A stretch of DNA of 39,237 bases from an uncultured Gammaproteobacteria bacterium. GTDB taxonomy: Bacteria; Pseudomonadota; Gammaproteobacteria; Magnimaribacterales; D2472. Shown here one piece after another: positions 1 to 8,132 of the stretch (the stretch's first letter is position 1; each line of letters opens with the position of its first letter). The DNA is taken from NCBI GenBank assembly GCA_913050015.1, contig CAJXAZ010000002.1, forward strand, positions 1 through 39,237, in the 5' to 3' direction. The notes under the pieces were generated by a model, which searched no databases, was not told where the DNA came from, and saw nothing but the letters and a program-made list of their open reading frames with translations. The translations under genes were made by a program, and so were the position numbers.

Positions 1-59
1 CATAAACTTATTAATTATGTTTTAAAAAAATAGAATTATAGAGCATAATTATTTGTAAT

Positions 60-1460
60 ATGAAAAATTACAAAAAATTAAAGACAACTACATTATTTAT
101 AATACTCCTATCGTTTATAAATATTTCCTCAGCTGCTAATAGCATTCCCTTTGAGTCTACATATGAGCCCATGCCTCAAACTAATACTTTGTTTAAAGGC
201 GCTAATATTTATGACGGTGAAGGTAATGAGTTTCTAGATACAGATTTACTTATAAAAGATGGAAAGATCATTGCTATAGGTAAAGATCTTCCGGCTTCAT
301 CTGAGTTTACAGTAGTTGATGCTGCTGGAAAATGGATCACACCAGGGATTATTGATATCCATTCACATATGGGCGTTTATTCTGCTCCCGGTGTAACTAC
401 AAGCTCAGACGGCAATGAATCTACAAGTCCGGTAACAGCAGACGTGTGGGCTGAGCATTCTATATGGGTTCAAGACCCTCAATTTGCTCTAGCTTTAAAG
501 GGTGGCATAACTTCTTTTCATGTTCTGCCTGGATCAGCTAACTTGATTGGAGGAAGGGGAGTAACAGCAAAAAATGTTCAAAGAAATACTATTAACTCCA
601 TGAAGTTTCCTAATGCACCTCATTCTTTAAAAATGGCTTGTGGGGAAAATCCAAAAAGAGTTTATGGAAATAAAAGTCAGGCACCTTCAACTCGAATGGG
701 TAATATTGCTGGCTATAGAAAATCTTGGATTAAGGCAGAAGCCTACCTTAGTCGTTTAGATGAATATGAATCAAAATCTGAAGAAGCAAAAGAACTTTCT
801 TATAAGCCAACAAGAGATCTAGAGCTAGAAACGCTTGCTGGAGTTTTGCGAGGAGAAATACTAATTCAAAATCACTGCTATAGAGCTGAAGAAATGGCAA
901 TGATGATAGATATTGCTAACGAATTTGATTACAAAATTACAGCCTTTCATCATGCTGTTGAGGCCTATAAAGTTGCTGATCTATTGGCTGAAAATAATAT
1001 TTGTGCAGCTATGTGGGCAGATTGGGGCGGCTTCAAGCATGAAGCCTATGACATGGTTCAAGCAAATGTAGCTATAGTTGATCAGGCAAAAAATGGGACT
1101 GGTTGCGCCATTGTTCATTCAGACGATGCAGTAGGAATCCAACATCTTAATCAAGAGGCTTCTAAGGCACTATCTGCAGGATTAAGGGCAGGATTTAAAA
1201 TTACAAAAGCAAGAGCCATGAAATGGATTACAAGCAACCCAGCAAAAGCAGCCGGTATATTTGATCAAACGGGCTCTTTAAAAGTAGGAAAAAATGCTGA
1301 TGTTGTTCTTTGGTCAAAAAATCCATTTAGTGTTTATGCTCTAGCTGAAAAAGTTTACATAGATGGTGCTATAGCATTTGATAAAGAAGCTGGCATTGAG
1401 CCTAGCTCGGATTTCGATATTGGAATATTGAACCCAAATAAAAATAGGATACAAGAATAA
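60..1460 (+). CDS. Secreted metal-dependent amidohydrolase (amidohydrolase superfamily, imidazolonepropionase/dipeptidase-like)
   Basis: 466-aa ORF. N-terminal signal peptide (MKNYKKLKTTTLFIILLSFINISSA/AN). TPGIIDIHSHMG His-x-His motif (H101 codon at 360-362), plus later NHCYRAEE, AFHHAVEA and VHSDD motifs at expected ligand positions. Confidence 0.85.
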   Translation: MKNYKKLKTTTLFIILLSFINISSAANSIPFESTYEPMPQTNTLFKGANIYDGEGNEFLDTDLLIKDGKIIAIGKDLPASSEFTVVDAAGKWITPGIIDIHSHMGVYSAPGVTTSSDGNESTSPVTADVWAEHSIWVQDPQFALALKGGITSFHVLPGSANLIGGRGVTAKNVQRNTINSMKFPNAPHSLKMACGENPKRVYGNKSQAPSTRMGNIAGYRKSWIKAEAYLSRLDEYESKSEEAKELSYKPTRDLELETLAGVLRGEILIQNHCYRAEEMAMMIDIANEFDYKITAFHHAVEAYKVADLLAENNICAAMWADWGGFKHEAYDMVQANVAIVDQAKNGTGCAIVHSDDAVGIQHLNQEASKALSAGLRAGFKITKARAMKWITSNPAKAAGIFDQTGSLKVGKNADVVLWSKNPFSVYALAEKVYIDGAIAFDKEAGIEPSSDFDIGILNPNKNRIQE

Positions 1461-2728
1461 TGAACTATACAAAAATATTATTTTCAGCAGCTTTAATTTT
1501 TAATATTTATATTATCGAAGCTCAAAGTATTGTTATTAAAAATGCAATGATCTACGACGGAATTAACGATAATGCTTTTACTGGCAATATACTTATTGAA
1601 GATGGAGTCATTAAAAAAGTATCCAAATCATCCATACAGGGCGACACAATAATAGATGCCGAAGGTAAAATAGTTACTCCAGGATTTATAGTTTCTAATA
1701 CCGATATTGGAATAGTAGAAATTGGAGCATTAAGCGTTACCAAGGACGACCAGTCTAATATTTATAGTATTGGCTTTAGTATTCACGACGCTTTTAATCC
1801 TAACTCAACAAGAATTCCTTGGAATAGATCAAATGGAATCACTTCTGCAATAACCTTGCCTAGAGATACCTCAAGCCCTATTGGAGGCTTTGGATCATTC
1901 TTTACATTAAATGGAAGTCTTCAAATTGATAGCCTGCCAGATATGGTAATGATAGGACGTATCGGAGGAAGCAGCTCTTCATCAAGATCAGAAATGCTTG
2001 CACTTACTGATGATATTTTATCTTTTGCATCGTCTCTGGATGGCAAGGATATGAAATCAAATGCAGACATCAATGAAATAATTAATGATTCACCTTTAGC
2101 AGATTATCTAGAACTTCAGTCCAGGGATGTCAAAGCACTTTACAGATTAATTGATGACAAACTTCCACTTATTATCAAAGCAAATAGAGCAACAGATATT
2201 CTTAAGCTATTAGAGTTGAAGAAAAAGTACAATCTTAATTTAATAATTATGGGCGCTCAAGAAGCCTCTTTAGTTGCTGAGCAGATATCGAGCAGTAATA
2301 CACCTTTAATAATTAATCCAATTAATAACATACCAGGCTCTTTTGATGAGCTTGCTTCTAATATAAACCTATCAAGTAGGCTTGAGGCAGAGGGAATAAA
2401 GTTAATATTTACTTCAGGAGGAGGGCAGAACTCCCACCTGGTTAGACAGGGTGCTGGAATAGCTGTTGCAAATGGAATGTCTTATGGCGGAGCTATTAGG
2501 GCTATGACTAGTAACGTAGCAGACTCTTTTAATATCACCGGTAGAGGAGTAATTAAACCAGGTAATATTGCAGATTTAGTAATTTGGGAAGCAGACCCTC
2601 TTGAGCCGTCTAGCATGCCTGAAAAAGTATTTATCAATGGTGTTGATATGGATCTTACAACTCGATCAACTAGATTGAGAGATAGGTATATTAAGAATCT
2701 TGATAAACCAAATACTTATAGAGATTAA
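1460..2728 (+). CDS. Amidohydrolase-fold paralogue lacking the metal-ligand residues (probable non-catalytic partner), secreted
   Basis: 422-aa ORF. Its ATG overlaps the upstream TAA (TAATG at 1458-1462). Signal peptide MNYTKILFSAALIFNIYIIEA/QS. It aligns by eye to the upstream protein (GKIVTPGFIVSNTDIG vs GKWITPGIIDIHSHMG) but contains only two His in total. Confidence 0.75.
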   Translation: MNYTKILFSAALIFNIYIIEAQSIVIKNAMIYDGINDNAFTGNILIEDGVIKKVSKSSIQGDTIIDAEGKIVTPGFIVSNTDIGIVEIGALSVTKDDQSNIYSIGFSIHDAFNPNSTRIPWNRSNGITSAITLPRDTSSPIGGFGSFFTLNGSLQIDSLPDMVMIGRIGGSSSSSRSEMLALTDDILSFASSLDGKDMKSNADINEIINDSPLADYLELQSRDVKALYRLIDDKLPLIIKANRATDILKLLELKKKYNLNLIIMGAQEASLVAEQISSSNTPLIINPINNIPGSFDELASNINLSSRLEAEGIKLIFTSGGGQNSHLVRQGAGIAVANGMSYGGAIRAMTSNVADSFNITGRGVIKPGNIADLVIWEADPLEPSSMPEKVFINGVDMDLTTRSTRLRDRYIKNLDKPNTYRD

Positions 2729-2735
2729 GTAAATA

Positions 2736-2811
2736 TGGTGCCGGCACCAAGAGTCGAACTCGGGACCTACTGATTACAAATCAGTTGCTCTACCAACTGA
2801 GCTATACCGGC
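2736..2811 (-). tRNA. tRNA-Thr (anticodon UGU), CCA encoded
   Basis: Reverse complement gives a 7-bp acceptor stem (GCCGGTA/TGCCGGC), anticodon arm ACTGA-TTTGTAA-TCAGT (anticodon TGT), a GGTTCGACTC-type T-arm, and 3' ACCA. Confidence 0.9.
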
Positions 2812-2820
2812 GAAGTGCAA

Positions 2821-2849
2821 ATTCTACATTAATTAAATCTTTCATGGAA
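2821..2849 (-). promoter_or_regulatory. Candidate sigma70 promoter for tRNA-Thr(UGU)
   Basis: On the minus strand: TTCCAT, a 17-nt spacer, then TAGAAT. The -10 box ends 9 nt before the mature tRNA 5' end. The -35 box is weak. Confidence 0.3.
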
Positions 2850-2917
2850 TACATCTGGTCGATATATCTAATCTAGATTAAATTGCAATAAAAAACTAAT
2901 TGAAAGAGATAGCTTTT

Positions 2918-3472
2918 CTATAAGTCTAAACTACAACCTGTTCCACCTAGGCCGCAATAACCATTAGGATTTTTAGCCAAGTACTGCTGATGATATTCCT
3001 CAGCTAGAAAATATTCAGGTGCATTTCTAATTTCAGTAGTTATTTCACTAAAGCTCTCATTAGATAGTGCTATTTGATAAATTTCTTTACTTTTAACACA
3101 TTCAATAATGTCTTTATCAGAATAGCAATATATGGCTGATCTATATTGTGTTCCAATGTCGTTGCCTTGCTTCATGCCTTGGGTGGGGTTATGACATTCC
3201 CAAAAAACTTTTAGTAAACTTGTAAATGAAATTATTTCTGGGTCATACACAACTTCCACGACCTCAACATGACCAGTCTCTTTGTAACAAACATCTTCAT
3301 AGGTAGGATTTTGAGTATTGCCGCCAGCATAGCCAACTGAGGTCACCCAGATTCCATCTAATTGCCAAAATTTTCTTTCTACTCCCCAGAAGCAGCCAGC
3401 ACCAAAAAGAACTCTTTTATAGTTCTCTGAATAAGCACCATTTAAGGGGTTGTTATTTATAAAATGATTCAT
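2918..3472 (-). CDS. msrA: Peptide methionine (S)-sulfoxide reductase MsrA
   Basis: 184 aa. GAGCFWGVE catalytic-Cys motif and C-terminal recycling cysteines (GYCGLGGTGCS). Confidence 0.93.
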   Translation of the reverse strand: MNHFINNNPLNGAYSENYKRVLFGAGCFWGVERKFWQLDGIWVTSVGYAGGNTQNPTYEDVCYKETGHVEVVEVVYDPEIISFTSLLKVFWECHNPTQGMKQGNDIGTQYRSAIYCYSDKDIIECVKSKEIYQIALSNESFSEITTEIRNAPEYFLAEEYHQQYLAKNPNGYCGLGGTGCSLDL

Positions 3473-3476
3473 TTAT

Positions 3477-4223
3477 TTAATAGACTCCATCAATTGAAAT
3501 TTCACCAAACTCATATTTTTTTATATTACCGTCTTTGGATGCTATTTTTACACTGCCATCTTCATTAATACCAGTAAAAATTCCAGAATCTATGATTTTA
3601 TTATTTTGTTTTATATTAATTTGAGAGTTCATATGTATACAAAGGTCCTCCCATTCCTCGACCCATTGATCCATATCATTATCAATAAAATTAATAAGTT
3701 CGATAATAATATTATTAATAAGCTCGTTTCTTTTTGACTCTAAATTGAAAGAAGAAAGATCTCCCCACCATAATTCTTTATTAGGGAGGTTTAAATTTAA
3801 CCCAATTCCAATAATGTTAAGAACATCCTGTCCCATGATTTCTTTTTCAATAAGTATTCCACCAACTTTTTTTGTTGAAAAAATAATGTCATTTGGCCAT
3901 TTAAGACCAATCAAATCTGATCCTATTAATTGCTTGATAGATCTCTGGCAAATAATACCTACTATTAAACTTAAAGGAGCTTTTTGAAGCAAGCCCTTGT
4001 AAGCAATAGACATATATATATTTCCAGAGTTTGGACTTGACCAAATTTTTCCAACTCTTCCTTTTCCATGAGTTTGCTCATTAGAGATAATTACATGAAT
4101 ATCTTTTTCTAGAACTATTCTTTTACACTCTGCATTTGTGGAGTCTATTGTGTCAAATAAGCTTAATTTAAGCCTTTCAGCAGGTATGTTTTTAAGTATT
4201 TTAGATTTATTAAATGTATTCAA
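3477..4223 (-). CDS. birA: Biotin-[acetyl-CoA-carboxylase] ligase, class I (no N-terminal HTH repressor domain)
   Basis: 248 aa. GKGRVGKIWSSP matches the GRGRxGRxW biotin/ATP-binding loop. The length is too short for the E. coli-type N-terminal wHTH domain. Confidence 0.88.
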   Translation of the reverse strand: MNTFNKSKILKNIPAERLKLSLFDTIDSTNAECKRIVLEKDIHVIISNEQTHGKGRVGKIWSSPNSGNIYMSIAYKGLLQKAPLSLIVGIICQRSIKQLIGSDLIGLKWPNDIIFSTKKVGGILIEKEIMGQDVLNIIGIGLNLNLPNKELWWGDLSSFNLESKRNELINNIIIELINFIDNDMDQWVEEWEDLCIHMNSQINIKQNNKIIDSGIFTGINEDGSVKIASKDGNIKKYEFGEISIDGVY

Positions 4224-4236
4224 TGTAAGAAAATAG

Positions 4237-4265
4237 TTGACTTCAATCCATTCTAGAACAAAAAT
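4237..4265 (+). promoter_or_regulatory. Candidate sigma70 promoter for tRNA-Tyr
   Basis: TTGACT (4237-4242), a 17-nt spacer, then AAAAAT (4260-4265), 14 nt upstream of the tRNA. The -10 box is poor. Confidence 0.3.
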
Positions 4266-4279
4266 AGCTTCCTTGAAAT

Positions 4280-4363
4280 GGAGAGGTGGGTGAGTGGTTA
4301 ATACCAGCAGACTGTAAATCTGCCGCTTCGGCTACGTAGGTTCGAATCCTACCCTCTCCACCA
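4280..4363 (+). tRNA. tRNA-Tyr (anticodon GUA), long variable arm, CCA encoded
   Basis: Acceptor stem GGAGAGG/CCTCTCC, anticodon arm GCAGA-CTGTAAA-TCTGC, long variable arm, and T-arm GTAGG-TTCGAAT-CCTAC. Confidence 0.92.
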
Positions 4364-4423
4364 TATATTCTTGTCTTATATTCTTTAATAAAACTAATCC
4401 AATTTTTATCTACAAATAAGGGG

Positions 4424-4452
4424 TTGAGTTTATAACTTTTTAGAGGGATAAT
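4424..4452 (+). promoter_or_regulatory. Sigma70 promoter for tRNA-Thr(GGU)-tuf with a GC-rich discriminator
   Basis: TTGAGT (4424-4429), an exact 17-nt spacer, then GATAAT (4447-4452), followed by ACGCCACC (4453-4460). Confidence 0.6.
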
Positions 4453-4485
4453 ACGCCACCTTAAAATGGGATGCTACATATCCGA

Positions 4486-4560
4486 GCTCATATAGCTCAG
4501 TGGTAGAGCACTTGCTTGGTAAGTAAGAGGTCACCGGTTCAAGTCCGGTTATGAGCTCCA
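4486..4560 (+). tRNA. tRNA-Thr (anticodon GGU), CCA encoded
   Basis: Acceptor stem GCTCATA/TATGAGC, D-arm AGCTCAGTGGTAGAGC, anticodon arm CTTGC-TTGGTAA-GTAAG, and T-arm CCGGTTCAAGTCCGG. It sits immediately upstream of tuf, like E. coli thrT. Confidence 0.92.
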
Positions 4561-4592
4561 TTTTATAAAAATAATATTTAGAGAGGCAAAAG

Positions 4593-5783
4593 ATGGCAAG
4601 AGAAAAATTCGAAAGAACGTTACCCCACGTAAATGTAGGTACAGTTGGTCACGTTGATCATGGTAAAACAACATTAACAGCAGCACTTACTAAAGTTGCT
4701 TCTGAAGTTTTCGGTGGAGAAGCCGTTGACTTTGCAAATATTGATAATGCTCCAGAAGAAAGAGAAAGAGGTATTACTATTGCCGCTTCTCACGTTGAGT
4801 ATATCTCTCCTATTCGTCATTACGCTCACGTAGATTGTCCAGGTCACGCCGATTATGTTAAAAACATGATTACTGGTGCTGCTCAAATGGATGGAGCTAT
4901 CCTTGTTGTTAGTGCTGCTGATGGTCCTATGCCTCAAACTAGAGAGCATTTACTATTATGTAACCAAGTTGGTGTTAAGCAGATAGTTGTCTATATGAAC
5001 AAAGCTGATCAAAATGATGATCCAGAAATGATTGAACTTGTTGAAATGGAAATCAGAGAACTACTAACTGAATATGACTTCCCAGGTGATGACACTCCAA
5101 TTATTGTTGGTAGTGCTCTTAAAGCTCTAGAAGGTGATACTTCTGAAATCGGAGTTCCTTCAGTTGTTAAACTAATTGAAACTCTTGATTCATTTGTTGA
5201 AGAGCCAGAAAGACCAACTGATCTTCCTTTCCTAATGCCTATTGAAGATGTGTTTACAATTTCAGGAAGAGGAACTGTTGTAACTGGAAGAATCGAAGCT
5301 GGTATTGTTAATACTGGTGATCCATTAGAAATTATTGGTATCAAAGATACAGCAACAACTACATGTACTGGTGTTGAAATGTTCAGAAAATCTCTTGATG
5401 AGGGTCGTGCAGGTGAAAACTGTGGTGTCCTATTAAGAGGTGTTGAGAGAGATGCAGTTGAAAGAGGCCAAGTGCTTTCTAAGCCAGGTGCAATTTCTCC
5501 TCATACTAAATTTGAAGCAAATATCCTTGTATTAACTAAAGAAGAGGGTGGAAGACACACTCCATTTATGAATAATTACAGACCTCAGTTTTATTTTAGA
5601 ACTACAGATGTAACAGGTGCATGTGAACTTCCTAGCGGAGTTGAGATGGTTATGCCTGGTGATAACTTAGATATGGTAGTTACACTAATCGCTCCTATTG
5701 CTATGGACGTAGGTCTTAAGTTTGCAATTAGAGAAGGCGGAAGAACTGTTGGTCGTGGTGTAGTAGCAAAAATTATTGAGTAA
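4593..5783 (+). CDS. tuf: Elongation factor Tu
   Basis: 396 aa, near-collinear with E. coli EF-Tu. Motifs: [22 protein letters not shown]. Confidence 0.98.
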   Translation: MAREKFERTLPHVNVGTVGHVDHGKTTLTAALTKVASEVFGGEAVDFANIDNAPEERERGITIAASHVEYISPIRHYAHVDCPGHADYVKNMITGAAQMDGAILVVSAADGPMPQTREHLLLCNQVGVKQIVVYMNKADQNDDPEMIELVEMEIRELLTEYDFPGDDTPIIVGSALKALEGDTSEIGVPSVVKLIETLDSFVEEPERPTDLPFLMPIEDVFTISGRGTVVTGRIEAGIVNTGDPLEIIGIKDTATTTCTGVEMFRKSLDEGRAGENCGVLLRGVERDAVERGQVLSKPGAISPHTKFEANILVLTKEEGGRHTPFMNNYRPQFYFRTTDVTGACELPSGVEMVMPGDNLDMVVTLIAPIAMDVGLKFAIREGGRTVGRGVVAKIIE

Positions 5784-5796
5784 AAATTGACTATAT

Positions 5797-5831
5797 AGCC
5801 GAGGCCATTGTGTCTCGGCTTACTTGTCTCT
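5797..5831 (+). terminator. Candidate intrinsic terminator or attenuator after tuf
   Basis: Hairpin AGCCGAG(GC)/(GT)CTCGGCT (5797-5820), followed by the T-containing tract TACTTGTCTCT. The U-tract is imperfect. Confidence 0.4.
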
Positions 5832-5853
5832 GAAGAATATGAAAATGTGTTTT

Positions 5854-5929
5854 AGGCCAGTAGCTCAATTGGTAGAGTACCGGTCTCCAAAACCGGGGGT
5901 TGTGGGTTCGAGCCCCTCCTGGCCTGCCA
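5854..5929 (+). tRNA. tRNA-Trp (anticodon CCA), CCA end encoded
   Basis: Acceptor stem AGGCCAG/CTGGCCT and anticodon arm CCGGT-CTCCAAA-ACCGG. It holds the conserved position between tuf and secE. Confidence 0.92.
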
Positions 5930-5958
5930 ATTTAACTTGATACTGAAAAAGGGAATTT

Positions 5959-6321
5959 ATGAGTAACGGATCTGCATCAAAATCAATAGATAACCTCAAG
6001 TGGCTTCTTGCGCTTGTGGTATTTAGTGCAGCTGTCATTGGTAATAGTTACTTTAGTGAATTTGCTTTTCTTTATAGAGTTTTAGCTGTTGTATTTTTAT
6101 TTATAGTTGGACTGGGTATATTATCTGTCACGACTTTTGGTTCTAATGCATTGACACTAATGAAAGAATCAAGAAAAGAAATAAGAAAGGTCGTTTGGCC
6201 AACTAGGATGGAGACTACTCAAACATTTTTAGTAGTTTTTAGTGCAATTGTTATTTTATGTTTATTTTTCTGGGCTTTAGAATCACTTTTAAGTTTTTTA
6301 ACTAAATTGGTATTGGGATAG
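5959..6321 (+). CDS. secE: Preprotein translocase subunit SecE
   Basis: 120 aa with three hydrophobic segments. Conserved KVVWPTRMET motif before the last TM segment. Synteny: tRNA-Trp, secE, nusG. Confidence 0.88.
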   Translation: MSNGSASKSIDNLKWLLALVVFSAAVIGNSYFSEFAFLYRVLAVVFLFIVGLGILSVTTFGSNALTLMKESRKEIRKVVWPTRMETTQTFLVVFSAIVILCLFFWALESLLSFLTKLVLG

Positions 6322-6325
6322 CATT

Positions 6326-6853
6326 ATGGATTGGTATGTAATACAAGCTTATTCTGGCTACGAGCAAAAAGTTAAACTTGCTTTAGAAGAAAAAATTGAG
6401 CTGAACAATCTTTCAGCAAAGTTTGGTGAAATACTCATTCCTACAGAAACAGTTGTTGAGTTAAAAGCTGGTCAAAAGAAAACAACTGAAAGAAAATTTT
6501 TCCCAGGATATATTTTAATTCAAATGGATCTAGAGGACGACTCTTGGCAACTTGTTCAATCAACCCCAAGAATATCTGGTTTTGTTGGTGGAACTAAAGT
6601 TAGACCACTTCCAATATCTGAAGATGAAGTTAATAATATTGTAAATAGAATTGAAGTTGGTGAAGATGCTCCTGCACCTAAAACTCTATTTGAACCAGGT
6701 GAAGTTATAAGAGTTTGTGATGGTCCATTTAACGACTTTAATGGAGTTGTTGAAAGCGTCGATTACGAAAGAAATAAAGTAAAAGTAGCAGTACAGATTT
6801 TAGGTAGATCCACAGCAGTTGATCTAGAGTTCATGCAAATAGAGAAAACATAA
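6326..6853 (+). CDS. nusG: Transcription termination/antitermination factor NusG
   Basis: 175 aa. [11 protein letters not shown] and [13 protein letters not shown] in the NGN domain, and a KOW domain ([18 protein letters not shown]). Confidence 0.96.
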   Translation: MDWYVIQAYSGYEQKVKLALEEKIELNNLSAKFGEILIPTETVVELKAGQKKTTERKFFPGYILIQMDLEDDSWQLVQSTPRISGFVGGTKVRPLPISEDEVNNIVNRIEVGEDAPAPKTLFEPGEVIRVCDGPFNDFNGVVESVDYERNKVKVAVQILGRSTAVDLEFMQIEKT

Positions 6854-7281
6854 TGGCAAAAAAAATAGCAAGTGTTCTTAAATTACAAATACCTGCTGGC
6901 GGGGCTAATCCAAGTCCTCCTGTTGGACCTGCATTGGGTCAGGCTGGCGTTAACATAATGGATTTTTGTAATGCATTTAACGCTGAAACACAAAATGCTG
7001 AAAAAGGAATGCCTTTGCCAGTTGTTATAACTGTATTTGAAGATAAATCTTTTACCTTCGTAGTTAAAACTCCTCCTGCAGCTGCGCTAATTAAGAAAGC
7101 TTTAGGTATTACTAAAGGAAGCGGCGAACCTAACAAAGAAAAAGTTGGAAAACTAACAAGAGCGCAATTAGAAGATATTGCAAAACAAAAAGAACCTGAT
7201 CTTAATTCAAATGATATAGATGCAGCAGTTAAAATTATAGCTGGAACAGCTAGAAGCATGGGAGTAGAGGTAGATCTATGA
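6853..7281 (+). CDS. rplK: 50S ribosomal protein L11
   Basis: 142 aa with the [17 protein letters not shown] hallmark. Its ATG overlaps the nusG TAA (TAATG). Confidence 0.97.
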   Translation: MAKKIASVLKLQIPAGGANPSPPVGPALGQAGVNIMDFCNAFNAETQNAEKGMPLPVVITVFEDKSFTFVVKTPPAAALIKKALGITKGSGEPNKEKVGKLTRAQLEDIAKQKEPDLNSNDIDAAVKIIAGTARSMGVEVDL

Positions 7282-7970
7282 GTAAAGTAACAAAAAAACA
7301 AAAAATTATCCTTGAAAAGGTTAATCCAGAGCAAACTTATTCTATAGCTGAAGCTTTAGATATTATGCAATCTGTTAAATCTCCAAAATTTGAAGAATCT
7401 ATTGATATTGCTATTAGATTAGGAGTTGATCCAACTAAATCAGATCAAAATGTTAGAGGTGCTGTAACTTTACCTAATAGTTTAGGTAATCAAGTCTCTG
7501 TTGCTGTATTCGCTGATGGCGAACAAGCAGAAGCTGCAAAAGCTGCAGGTGCTGAACATGTTGGAATGGATGACTTAGCTGAAAAATTTTCTAAAGAAGA
7601 GATTTCAGTTGATGTGGTTATTTCCACTAATGCTGCAATGAAAGTTGTCGGTAAATTAGGTCAAGTATTAGGACCAAAGGGATTAATGCCTAATCCTAAA
7701 ACAGGAACTGTTTCTGATGATGTCGCGACTGCAGTTAATAATGTCAAAGCAGGTCAGGTAAGATTTAGAACAGATAAAAATGGAATTATTCATGGAAGCA
7801 TTGGCAAGGTATCATTTGATGTTACTAAACTTCAAACTAATGCAACTGCTTTAATTGATGAAGTAAAAAAATTAAAACCCGCTTCTGCTAAGGGTATTTT
7901 TATTGGTAGTATTGCTCTAAGTAGCACTATGGGACCAGGTATAAAAATACACGCATCAGAGCTGGTATAA
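7278..7970 (+). CDS. rplA: 50S ribosomal protein L1
   Basis: 230 aa with [18 protein letters not shown] overlap with the rplK stop. Confidence 0.97.
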   Translation: MSKVTKKQKIILEKVNPEQTYSIAEALDIMQSVKSPKFEESIDIAIRLGVDPTKSDQNVRGAVTLPNSLGNQVSVAVFADGEQAEAAKAAGAEHVGMDDLAEKFSKEEISVDVVISTNAAMKVVGKLGQVLGPKGLMPNPKTGTVSDDVATAVNNVKAGQVRFRTDKNGIIHGSIGKVSFDVTKLQTNATALIDEVKKLKPASAKGIFIGSIALSSTMGPGIKIHASELV

Positions 7971-8014
7971 GTTTTAGCATTATAAGAAATTATATTGCTA
8001 GATAGTTGCGTTTA

Positions 8015-8120
8015 TCGCAGCCGTCAAAGACCGTAGGTGTCGAAAGACTTAATTTCCTACGTAGGTGGTGTTCAAATTGTAATTTCGCAATTTGTCGCCG
8101 AATAGCCGAAAGGCTTAAAC
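8015..8120 (+). promoter_or_regulatory. Putative rplJ leader RNA (L10/L12 autoregulatory leader candidate)
   Basis: A GC-enriched segment within the 162-nt rplA-rplJ gap. It contains CGTAGG(8032-8037)/CCTACG(8056-8061) enclosing a GTC-GAAA-GAC tetraloop hairpin (8039-8048), CAAATTG/CAATTTG (8073-8094), and AGCC-GAAA-GGCT (8104-8115) just upstream of the AGGAG SD. Confidence 0.45.
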
Positions 8121-8132
8121 AGGAGAAATGCT

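Noticed and set aside
1-59. Possible promoter for the first amidohydrolase (TAGAAT at 31-36, or CATAAT at 44-49).
   Set aside because: The -35 candidates are poor, the region is uniformly AT-rich, and the window edge truncates the upstream context. It is too ambiguous to call.
4364-4423. Possible degenerate tRNA-Gly or repeat element in the tRNA-Tyr/tRNA-Thr spacer. This includes the direct repeat TATATTCT at 4364-4371 and 4377-4384.
   Set aside because: No acceptor or T-arm-like complementarity is present. The 8-mer repeat is AT-rich and expected by chance in this composition. The region is better explained as a T-rich trailer plus an A/T-rich upstream region of the 4424-4452 promoter.
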